Part shown: piece after piece, positions 11,914 to 23,000 of the stretch
How positions within the stretch are numbered: the stretch's first letter is position 1
How the letters are laid out: the number at the start of each line of letters is the position of its first letter
DNA from: Vicugna vicugna
Taxonomy: Eukaryota
Length of the DNA stretch: 64,000 nucleotides
Direction: 5' to 3'
Assembly (NCBI GenBank): GCA_013265495.1
Contig: MU063441.1
Span: forward strand, 1,506,398-1,570,397
Notes under the pieces: generated by a model
Told to the model about the DNA's origin: nothing
The model's database searches: none
The model's input: the letters and a program-made list of their open reading frames with translations, nothing else
Made by a program: the position numbers and the translations under genes

Positions 11914-13267
11914 TAATGCTATCTTTCAAGAGATTAAATTGTTTTTTCTCAAAATTTTAAACATTCTAAGGAACCGAACGAAAACTTTAGGTGGATCAGT
12001 TGGTAGGTGTGCACAAAGTTGCCAAATAGACACCGTTGTTAAAATCTCTGAGAATAGAAGCTGAAAATTCTGTATTTTGTTAATCTGGCTCTAAGCTTTT
12101 CATGTTGTTCTAAATAGAGCTGTAGCACAAAGCAAACTTATTCCAGGTGATTACATACCATCAATGTTATTAATATCGGATTTCAGAGTAGATTTTTGCA
12201 CAGCCACCTGCATTTATATCTGTTATCCACAAGGTGGGAGCAAAGATTTTGATTTGAAATGGGCAGGCCTTTCTGAGGAGTAGCACAGGAAGGCTACAAG
12301 AGTGAGGACACAGACACAGGATTCATTGTTAACAAATGTTCTTACAGGGGTAGAAGCAATATAGGAATCTCGAGACCCTGATCTGTGAATGAATAAGTAG
12401 GCCCTATTGTTAACTGTAAACCAGAATTTGCCAAAAAAAAACTTAAGTTATGAAACCATGAAACTTTTATGGTGGGGAAGGAAAAATTAGGTACTTTCTT
12501 AGCCTAATGAGAAAAATGATATTTCAGATCCTGAAAGAAATGGGCAAGGATGAAATAGCCTCTGGGAAAGGACATCTTTTGTTTTAATTATCTGTGACTG
12601 GGTTTTCTATAATGGGAGAAAAAATTCCATTCCATACTCGACAGAATTTTCATAATGCAATGGCAGATTGAGATAAAGCAGTGTTAGAAAATTTCCCTCC
12701 CCTGGTCTAATCAGCCACTTAGCCAACAGGTGCTTAACTGGTTGATCTCAGAAGCCCTCCTTTTTCTAATTGGGGTGAGAGTGCCAAGTTTCTGGAACAG
12801 TGATTTGCAGGTTTGGTTGAACAGAAAATCACTGTCTATAGGTTGAGTGGGAGTGAGACATACGTGGTGGGGAGGGGTGCACAAGAGGGAGACCAGAGGC
12901 ATAAAAAGACAACCTTCTAAGCCTTCTTGCCCTTATTTTTAGCTGTTTATCACCAAACGGAAATAAACTGTTACACTGATTAAATTCTTACTTTATTAGA
13001 GTGTGTTACTGTTGAATTAAATGACATAATAGAAAGGCTTTTCCCTTGTTCTGTTTTAAAATTTAAATCTCCACAAAAATAAGCTCGTTTTTCAAGAATT
13101 TTAAGACAATAGTCCTGTGTAGATCACTTAAGGTGATGCTTCTCAGGTGTTGGTTTAAGAATCACCTGCGGGGTGACCTAAGGCATCCAGGAAAACAAAG
13201 GACATGAGAACTGCCATTTGAAAGCCTTTAAACCTTGTAAAGCACAACAAAAATAACAGAAGGCTTG

Positions 13268-13653
13268 TGTGATGGTTAAATTTTACTTGTCATCTTGGCT
13301 AGGCTATGGTCCCTATTTGTTTAGTCAAACATTAGTCTAGAGGTTGCCATAGGTATTTTTAGCTGTGATTAACATCTCTCCACCAGCTGACTTTAAGTGA
13401 AAAGATTGCCCTCCATGATGTGTGTGGGCCTCAGCCAATCAGCTGAAGGCCTTAAAAGCAAAAGCTGAGGTTTCTCAGAGAAGGAGAATTCTACTTCGAA
13501 ACGGGAGCTTGGAAACCCTGTGTGAGTTTCCAGACCGTCCGCCGGCCTCACAGACTTCGAACTAGCCAGCTCCACGGTCACGTAAGTCAGTTTTAAAAAT
13601 AAATTAATCTCTCTCCTGTTAGTTTTATTTCCTTGGAGAACTCTTGGCTGATA
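13268..13653 (+). mobile_element. ERVL solo LTR (MLT2-like)
   Basis: TGTGATGGTTAAATTTTA..TGTCA.CTTGGCTAGGCTATGG..CCAATCAGCTGAAGGCCTTAA pattern. Confidence 0.8.
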
Positions 13654-15779
13654 GTTTGTAAATTTCATTTGTAGAAACAAAGTATTGTTGTTTTGTTTCT
13701 GTTATGAGAACCAGTGTTTCTGAAGGAAGGTGTTATGTGAGGTATAAAAAAAACTGAGGACTACTTATATAATAGACATTAACCAGTAAAATCTGGTATG
13801 GTTGACAAGGAGGTGGGAATTAAAAGCTTCTCTTCAATGTCAGGAATCACAAGTTTTGGCAGTATCTTCTCAAAAGATCTCTGCTTCGCACAAAATGGAA
13901 CAAATGCAGGCATAATTTATGCACATAAAGTTTGAAATTAAGACTTGTACTAAAATGATGGAATATTTGGGTCAGTGATTCTTAATATTAAAAAAAGGTG
14001 AAAGATGTTAAGAGTTTGCTGGAAACTATATTCAAGGAAATCATGAAAACACTACTTCCACCAATTGTGTAATATTTATTGACTTCTTAGTTCTACCTGT
14101 TCAAGCATAAAAAGACCAAAACAGACTGGTGTGTAAGTCGTTCATGAGTGATTTATAAATGTAACCTCCCAAATAAAAGCAGAGCAGAATTTTCCAAAAT
14201 TGCTTTCACAGAGCAATAATTCTAAGTCACAGCCAAAGGAAAAGGGGTCAGTGGTTAAATTTTAGATGGTACTAAACTGTAACCCTAAGTCCTGACTCTA
14301 CAAGGGACATATATTGTGATTCCAAACTAAATTAATCAGGGGGCACTTTAAGTGCCCGTGAACCTGGCGTGGCATGCTGGAACAGAAGCCAGGTCTCGTC
14401 TTCACTCACTCGGCTACCGTAGGCCACTCATCTACCTTAAAGGAGTCTCATTCCTGGCATGTTATCAGTGGTATTTACCTCTCAGAGTTGGTTTTAAAGA
14501 TTCTGCGGGTAGATTTTGGAAGCGAAAAAAATCTAAAATGCTGCCTCCATATGTAGTGCATAGTTTGTTGCTTTTTGGCTTCATGGCATCATCTGAAGAA
14601 CTTCCCTATTCGAGGTTCATGTCCCCTTTTGGAAACTTTGCAGGAGGCAGGACTGCACCTTCTGCTCTAGAAGCCGTGAGAGGGGCAGGCATTTGATTTC
14701 CTAGTTCTTGGCAGCTGAACGCTTGGGCACCTGACCTTGCTTTAGTTAATAGACAAGGCAGCTACAAATTGAGAGAGAATGGGGGGTGGAGACACACAGC
14801 AGTCTGCCGTTAACACCTGAGTGCTACTGACCAAGCCCAAGATAACAAAAAGCTTCTTTGATTTGTAAACTTGCACTCATAAATACAAACCCTCAAAATA
14901 GAATTCAGTGCATTTTTTCCAACAGTGATACACAATAGTCTTCCTTTTGGATTCAGTGCTATTAAATTGAAGTGCACTAAATAGCCATTTATAGTACTGC
15001 AACCTGCTGGGACTTAGATTCTTGAGAGGGACCAGGGATGATTTTGATCAGTATGACTCCAGTTACATTTGCTATTAAAAAATGCTTGATCTCTACCATA
15101 AAATGCTACATCTACCATGAGATGAGTTCCAATTTCTTGAAGCAGTTAACTAGAAATATAGAAAGTTTACCTTGGCTTATATTTGTTTCAGAGGGGTATT
15201 TATTCAGAAAACACAATCTTCTTTCAAAGCAAAATATGTTGAGTTAGAACACCTTCAGTTTATCTGGGCAGAGAAAGCACATAGATAGAATATCATATAA
15301 CGTATATATGGTAAATTGAATTAAGCTGAAATCATTGTTTTTAGAACTTTGACTCAATAAATTGCTCTGAGGAGTCGTATTTAGCAACAATAAACTTGTT
15401 CAGACCACAAAGGTTTTCTTTTCACAAGGCAGATACTACCTTATCAATGCTGTACAACTTGCAGCTGGGAGCAAGAAAGGACCTCTTTAGGAGGTTCCTT
15501 TTTTAATTTAAAAAATGTATTTTCTTAGGTATGAGTGAGTCCCGGCTATTTTTGGTGGAAGGCTGCTAACTTTTTCCTCAATGGTACATATTAAGCCTGA
15601 GAAGCAATCAAGGAATGGGGCTCAGCGGATGTGTAATGTTGTGAATCTTAGAATAACCAGCAGAGATCTAGAAAAACGCAGGGGCTGGCGAGATTGAGGC
15701 TGCCTCCTGTAGTATCTTTGTGAAGGTCACAGGGACAGCGCTGAAGGTCAACACTGTCACATCATGCTCGGCTGCATTT

Positions 15780-15955
15780 ATAGTTTGCATATATCAATTT
15801 ATTTTGGTAACAAATCATCATACTTATCATTGTACGAGGATATTGTAGCTGATAACAAGCAGGGTGTATCCTAGCTGTCTCCCTAGGAGCTCAGGTTTGG
15901 CTTAGATTAGGTCATCAGATGTCATTCCCCGGGGGGTGGGGTTCCAGCTCTAGGT
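15780..15955 (-). other. GC: GC exon 13, non-coding 3' UTR terminal exon (3' end approximate)
   Basis: Acceptor tctcccag|ACCTAGAGCTGG. The sequence resembles the GC 3' UTR as I recall it (GGGGAATGAC..CTGATGACCTAA..AGCTAGGATAC..ACAATGATAAGTATGATGATTTG..AAAATAAATTGA). Confidence 0.92.
15798..15803 (-). terminator. GC polyadenylation signal AATAAA
   Basis: TTTATT on the + strand at the end of exon 13, followed on the minus strand by GU-rich sequence (TGTGACAGTGTTGACC). Confidence 0.9.
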
Positions 15956-18380
15956 CTGGGAGAACAATGAGAAAAATGTTAGAAAAACAGAGCTAACAGG
16001 CAATAATCATCGTAGTGCTCAAGAGATGCATCTACAGTCAGGTTATTATGTATAAAGATAAACCTGTCTAGTAAGACCCGTATATCCACTGTTGCCCACC
16101 TGATGGGTCCAGAATAAAATCTAAGAAATTCCCAGACCCTCACTGTTACACCACAGTACATCATACAGTTTTTTCTTTGAAGTAATGGTGTATGTAACTT
16201 TATGACCTATGAGTATAAATAATCATCGTCAGAGCAAAAAAAAGCAACCAATGGCACATGAGGCCCCTCAGTCATGGGACTGGATCATAGTTCAGTAGTT
16301 GTTATTTTAGTAAAACACCAAGTGAAGACATTTTATCAAATCACCTTCTGCTTTGTAATGAGGCATATGTGTCTTCCCCTCGTTCATTTTCTTTTCCAAG
16401 ACGCTACAGCAGAGTTGTATCGTAATTCTATTTGCACAGTGCAGGAAATCCTGTCTTTGATTGTCCTCAGTGAGTTTATTCCTTGGAGTGAGGAGGAAAT
16501 GGGGACGTGTTGGTGCTTTCCTCTTTCTCATAGTGTGAGTACCTAGCTGGGCTGAGTGTGATTCTGGTAGTAGTTCCTGTTTAACCTGATTCTGCCATGT
16601 GAGCCAACTGCCAACTTTCTCTGCTGGCAACCCAAGGAACACTATTTCCAAAACTGAAGGAAAAAAAGGTAACTGGCTTTGTGAGATTGACTAAGACCGT
16701 AGTTTCCTCTAATGAGGCATGCAAAAGTGGCCGCAGTCAGTTTCCGGACTAGAAGAAATTGATCAGGGGGACCAGTAACTGTCAAGATGACAACTCGGAT
16801 TTCTAAAAAGACTTGTGTTAAGAGTGAAATGGTATCAAACTGTTGAGTGGCGACAAGAATTGTTAAGTGTAACTAAGGATGGGAATACCCTGAGACAAAA
16901 GCTTCAGTGTCTACAAGTTTTCAAATCTCTTAAGGAGGGACAGGCTTTCCCTGAAATGAAATCCGTAGTCAGCCAAAGTTGGTTTAATAGTTTGAGGAAC
17001 TGTTTCATGCTAAAATATTATGCCACTTCTGTCATCTAGAACATACCCGTTATAGGAAGAAAACTCATAGGAAAAAATGGAAACATTTAGAGCAGTTTTT
17101 TTAGAACAATTTAAAATATGAAGAAAAGGCTGGTCTACTGGGGAGAGGAGTGGGACACAAGTGTTCACTATTTATTTGGAATCAAAGTCAAATGCTGGGT
17201 TCAGAGCAGCTCCCAGCTGGGACTGTTTTGGGGCAATGTTACTGATAATTGAATAAATCCAGGGTTCTTCTATAGAGCTACAGAATTCTCTCTGCAACCC
17301 AAGAACCAAAGTCTCCTGGCTGTGCTCTGGAAACCTCAGAGAACATTTAGATTGTGACATCATTATGTCTAGATAACAAGTGCCCCAGTCCCACAGCCTT
17401 GTGAACAAGGTAAAATCTGCTCTTTTGGACGTAACCGTTCCTAGTATAACCACCCTCATAATTGCAGATCGTTATTCTAATAAACAGGCAGTGGGTAAAT
17501 AGAGCTCAAAAAAAAGTCCATACACATTGTGGAAGCAAATGGAAGGAATTTGCGAGTGATTTTTAGGGCTTCCTTCCAGTTGATCAAAATGTGTTTGTGG
17601 CCAAATAATTGGGTGATGCAGAAATTGAAGGACTAGTTAAAGGCCATAGAAGAATATTGACTAATAAGAGAGAAATACTAAAAAAAAGCTTTCATAGAAG
17701 ATGAAGTTAATGACTAGAACCAGAAGAATCAGTGTATTAGAATCCTCATTAATCTGTCACTGAAAAAACAGTTCACCTGTTGACTTAGCCAGCACTAAAA
17801 GTGTTTCTGAAAGGTGTTAGGTTAAAAAAACCCTAATCCATCAAATTAGTGTTACCTCTCCTTTTGCATTTGTGCTCCCAGAGACTGAAAGAATATGAAT
17901 GTACATGAGATACCAAGAAAACACACTGAGTTCCTAGAGAATAACATAATCCAGTAAAGACAAACTAAAAGACGAAGTTATTATACAGCTTTCCAAACAA
18001 CCCTGACTCTTATGGAAGCTAGAGATGTCTTGAATGGTGGGAGGTGAGATACCTGTTGGGTGTTGGGATTTTAACTCTATATAGAGATGATATGTGGGAT
18101 AAAATAAAGGGAGATTGGATTAATTTAAATGAGGGGAAATGATTAGTTTAGCAGCAATGACCGGATACTATTTTTTTTTAACTCTAGAATATTTACACTC
18201 AAATAACTTGGATTTTGTTTTTAATTGAAGTGTAATTGACATACTAGTATCAGGTGTGGCTTGGAACCTTTTTCTCCAAAAATTATTCAGTGAACTTACT
18301 TTCTCCTTAGGACATAATATTCATATGCCAAAGCACAAGAATCTATAGTCAGGGAAACTTGTTTTAGTTCAGATTCAGAC

Positions 18381-18820
18381 TGTGGAGGAAGACTGTTGCT
18401 GCCATTTCAGTGAACAACAATGCTGCCTGCCCTCCAGCCATCAGCCACTGCATCTGCCCTGATGGTGCCCCCTGAGAGGATTTCAGGAGGGAGGAAAACG
18501 GGAAACTTTTGGTGCTCTGGTTCCTAGCTCTTGGTCCTAGACAGTTAAGATGCATATCTAAGGAATAATTTCAGTGAGCTCAGACTCGAGCATCTTCCCA
18601 TACAAAGAAAAGTACTAAATTCATTCACTTGAGATATCTGTTCTTTGTGATTAGCAGTAAGCTTTGATGTTCAACTACATGTTTGTTTTCAGCAAAAAAC
18701 TCATATTGTGGCTCCTCCTTTTCCTCTTTGGAGCAGTCCCTCAGAGCTATAGTTCTTAGTAAGTCCCCAAGTAAAACCTAACTTGCAACTTTCAGGGTGA
18801 ATGTTTTTCTTCAGTTGACA
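18381..18820 (+). mobile_element. ERV1-class solo LTR in GC intron 12, antisense to GC (5' boundary uncertain)
   Basis: Artiodactyl ERV1-LTR-like motifs CCATCAGCCACTGC, CTAGACAGTTAAGATGCATATC, CATCTTCCCATAC; end TTTCTTCAGTTGACA. Confidence 0.7.
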
Positions 18821-18859
18821 GTTGTATCAGTGGTATAAGCAGCGGTGGGAACAGCTTTG

Positions 18860-19080
18860 CTAGTATTACTGCTACTATTCTCTAGCAATTTTATGTATGT
18901 CGTCATTTCACCTGATTGTTGTGACAGTGCTGACAGGTAGAGATTACAGTGTTCTTCTTACAGAAAAGGGAACTGAGCTTTAGGGAGTATAAATAACTTG
19001 CTCAAGTTTACAAAGACGGATAGGAGAGCAGACTAATCCAGACTGCGTGATTTCCAAAATCGAGTTTCCTTGATCATCCC
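18860..19080 (-). mobile_element. MIR SINE
   Basis: TTACAGAAAAGGGAACTGAG...AATAACTTGCTCAAG. Confidence 0.6.
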
Positions 19081-19387
19081 CATCGTACTGCCTCTCAGAA
19101 AAATAATGTTAATTTTCTTCTTACTATTTCTAGTGATTCAAATATTTGATAGTCGGAAGCTTGAATTTCATTAGTCAATAGCTTTTGCTTTCATATCATT
19201 TTAGGAAAAGCCATCAGTAAAATTAAAATTTTATATCATTGAAAAGCCTCAGTTCAATTAAGATCTGAGATAAACCAAAACCATTGTGGGTTTTTTTAAT
19301 CATATTTTAAATCTCAGAAGAAATATCTTTAAAATGAATACAATTAAATCTGGAGAGAAAATATTTTTGTAGGAATATGAAGAGTTA

Positions 19388-19510
19388 GGGGGAGGGCATA
19401 GCTCAGTGGTAGAGCTCATGCTTCGCATGTAAGAGGTCCTGGGTTCAATCCCCAGTACCTCTCTTAAAAAAATAAACCTGATTACCTCACCCTAAAAAAC
19501 ACACACAAAA
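19388..19510 (+). mobile_element. Camelid tRNA-derived SINE (Vic-1 type)
   Basis: GGGGGAGGGCATAGCTCAGTGGTAGAG...GGTCCTGGGTTCAATCCCCAGTACCTC..AATAAACCTGATTACCTC plus an A-rich tail. Confidence 0.9.
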
Positions 19511-20067
19511 ATGTAATAAAGCAACAAAAATTTTTTGAAAGATTAAAAACAGTAACAATAAAGTTATGTCTAAATTATTTTATACTCAATATCTATATCA
19601 GGCATTTTTTTCATGGGTGAAAAAGAAGCAAGTGATAATATTTCAACAGTGTTGCTTTAATTCTCTTTTCTCCTGAGAACCCTGCTGTGTTATCTTTAAG
19701 GCTTTATGGACTTTGTCTTTAAACTCAGTTTTGTTTTTTTTTCCTACTGAATGCATTAAAATCCCTGAAATGACCTCTGCGCTGTCATTATCTTAGATGT
19801 GAGGTTATGACGGATATAGTATCAGGCTGGGGACCTGGATTCTGGTCCTAAATAGGTCAGAAATTGGCTGTATATTCTTGTGTAAGCTCCTTGACTTTTC
19901 CGTATGCTTAATATTCTCATCTCTAAGATGAGTTTGACTAGATAATAGAATAATTTGAACAAATAGCCTCCTTCCCATTTATGATTTAAAAAATACTTTG
20001 TACAAAGCTAGATTCTTTGCTGCATTTAAAAACTATACTTACCTAAGGTGATATACATGCATCAGGA

Positions 20068-20094
20068 CTACAGAGTATTCATTTCAGCATCAAT
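20068..20094 (-). CDS. GC: GC exon 12 coding part: IDAEMNTL* (whole exon 20043-20094, including 25 nt of 3' UTR)
   Basis: Acceptor tcatttcag|ATT, TAG at 20070-20068, donor TTAG|GTAAGT at 20043/20042. Confidence 0.96.
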   Translation of the reverse strand: MDAEMNTL

Positions 20095-23000
20095 CTGAAA
20101 TGAAAAAGTTATTTAAATCATGAACTATTTTGTTTGTAGACTAATAGATCCTGCAGAAGGTATAAAAAATTTTTTGAACCTTGCTTAGAGGAAAAGCTTC
20201 TTGTCAAAATGCAGTCTCATGTTGAACTTTATATTGACCACCCTGCACATTTATTGTTTTATACTGTCCCTGCCCTTGAGTTTATGGTTGTCCAGGAAAA
20301 ACAGACAAGGAAAAAATGACAAAGTTAATAAGTGCCAATAATTGGGTGTGCACAGAATGTTAAGGAATAACAGATGGGGTTGAGTGCCAGGGAAGGAATC
20401 TCAGACAAGGTGATGTCAACATTGAATCCTGAAGCTTGATGAAAGGTTTAGCCAGGTTACAGAGCGCAAATAGGGCAACCTGGGATGAGTCATTATATGC
20501 AAAAGCCTTGAGGTAAGAGCAAGGTTAATAGACTTGAAAAACTGCAGGTGGTTCTGGAGAACCAAAGCAGTAAGAGCAAGAAGTAATGATCAGGTTGGAG
20601 AGCAAACCCAGGGTCCAAATGCTTCTGATTAAAAAAAAAAAAAATTGGACTTCAATTTAGAAGCAGTGGAGGCCAATTAGAATGTATTAACCATTTTGTG
20701 CTTTACAAAGGTTATTTTGACCACAGGATAGAGATGGGACTGGGTGTGAGGCATTGGGGAAAGCTGGAGATGGGAGACCAACTGGGTTGTAATCCAGGTT
20801 AACGATTGCCTAAATTTAATTACTGACAACGTAGAAGAAGATATCTGCTGAGAGAGATAAAGGAGTTAGAATTGAGAGGGTTTGGAATTTAGTTGAGTGT
20901 ATACAGAAAAGAAGAAGAAATCAAAGATCACTGCTTCCATTTTGGATAATGGGTGAATGGTGATGACATTTATAAATTTAGGAAATAAAACAGGAGGTTT
21001 TAAGGGGAAAACGTTGGGCATGTTGAGATCAAATTTCTTGTGGGACAAGAGAGCCCATGGACAATGGGATACAAGTCTTGGTGCTGAGGGGAGAGATCCT
21101 GACTGGAGGTAGAGATTTGAAGATTAAACGCATGTCCATGGATTCTTGAACACTCGGGGAAAATGTTATGTCTTGGAAAGTGAAGACCAAAGGAAAAACT
21201 CTGGACAGTGTAGAAATTTAATGGATAGGTAAAAGAAGACAATACTGAAGAGAATGGAGAAGGAGAGAATCGTGGACAAAAGGTAAACTATGATAGTACA
21301 GATGTTGAAAAGTTCTTTCAAGGAGAAAGAATTATGGGTATCAAATGTTTTATAGAGAAAGCTGGTAAGATAAGGACTGAAAAATGTTTATTAGTGTTAG
21401 CAAGAAGATTTCAGTGTGACTTTGTCATTGGTAGTTTGGTACCATCTGAAGCCATACTGCAAAGGGTAGGAGAATTAACAGGAGGTGTGAAGAATGAATT
21501 ATATACTATTTTCTCAAGAATCTTGGCTGTAAGGTGAGGAGAAGGAAAAATAACTAGGCAGTAGTGTCTAAAGTACCTTATTTTCTTAAGATCAGGAGAT
21601 AAGTAACTTTAAATTAGACAGAACTATTTAAAAGAAAAAGTATAACTAATGAAAGAAGATTCCAAGGAAGTGAGATGAATTGAATTCAGAGTGGTATTAC
21701 TGACCTGGTATCATTTTTGCTATTTTAATAACAATTTTGGATATTCAATCAAGAATTATAGTCTTCTGGTATCAGTAATTTGCTTTTATCATTATTAGCT
21801 AAATTAGAGTCGAAGTCTATGACAATGACATGTAGTGACAGTAACAGACTCATATGAAATCAATTTAGGATTTTCCTAACATACAACCCCTGCACATCTC
21901 ATTCAAGCTGCTCACAAGAGGGGAATTAAAATGGTACCTAACATTTAGAATTGTTCTCAACCATTTCATGAATACATGTATATAAAGCTATTAATATTCT
22001 GCTTTACAAGTAGTAATAGCTTAATAAATTCTAGCTATGACATTCAGAATCATAAAATTTACTTATACTGGGAGACCTAACCAAGTTTTTTTCCTGAAGT
22101 ATGAGAGAGAAGGGGGAGGGGGAAAGGGAGGAAGAGTCCATCTCCTCTTTGCCCCGCTTCTCTTGGCTCTTGGCATTTGAGTGTTTTTGATTTTTTTTAA
22201 ATTAAAATATAGTCAATTACAATGTGTCAGTTTCCTGGTGTACAGCACAATGCCCCAGTCAAGCATATGTACACATACTGTTTTTTAAATTTTAATCATC
22301 AACTCCGGCATATAACAGTGGCTTTCTGAAACGTCTGGGAAATCCTAATTGATGCCCACTGGCACTCTGTTCGACGTCTTAGGGACAGCATAGTGATGAG
22401 TTTTCAGAAGAATGAATAAGGCTGCTCTGTCTGAATGATAGAGAGGAAAAAGAAAATCAAGTCTAATTTTGCAACTGTAAGTTTTTCTGCAGTCAGTGGG
22501 CCCCTTTGGAATAAAAAAAAAAATGAACCGGTGCTGAGGGACATGGGAAAGTCAAAAGAAAATTACACTAATTGTTCTACTTCCTGGTCATTTCAATGTA
22601 AGGGTTTGGGTAGCTGGGGTAGATTGCCACATGAGGAAACGCTAATCTAGTGCAGTTCAGAGACCCCTTCTGTGTCTCTTTTAGCGACGGTGCCAAGTCT
22701 GTGTAGAAGGGCAGACAGAGGGATCCCGGGATATAAATGACTCAGGGTGAATGCAGCGGATGGGCATTACTTTTACGGAACAAAATTGTCAAGCAAATAT
22801 AGGACAAGGAGATTTAATAATAAATTATAACCCAAATTATAGGGTAAATGGAACAAATATTTACACTAAACTTTGAGAATTAAAGTGAAAGCTGTTTTAA
22901 CAGATTTTGCTCTCACCTGAAATCAGAAAGCACAGGTGAGCTCGCTTACCTCATTATAAGATTAATGCAGAAAGATGATCAAAAAGGCTAAAGAACAGCA

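Noticed and set aside
14341-14357. Palindrome GGGCACTT-T-AAGTGCCC overlapping a CTCF-like core CAGGGGGCAC
   Set aside because: About one 8-bp-arm palindrome per spacer length is expected by chance in 64 kb, and the 5' half of the CTCF motif (CCAC) is missing.
14352-14696. 114-aa plus-strand ORF downstream of GC
   Set aside because: It has a non-ATG start, no homology I recognise and no supporting exon structure.
17610-17720. Possible Tigger transposase-like peptide relic (EIEGLVKGHRRILTNKRE)
   Set aside because: The similarity is too short and weak to call without an HMM search.
19388-19462. tRNA-Ala-like sequence
   Set aside because: It continues into a SINE body and A-rich tail and has diverged paralogues at 11755 and 31204, so it is a SINE head and not a tRNA gene.
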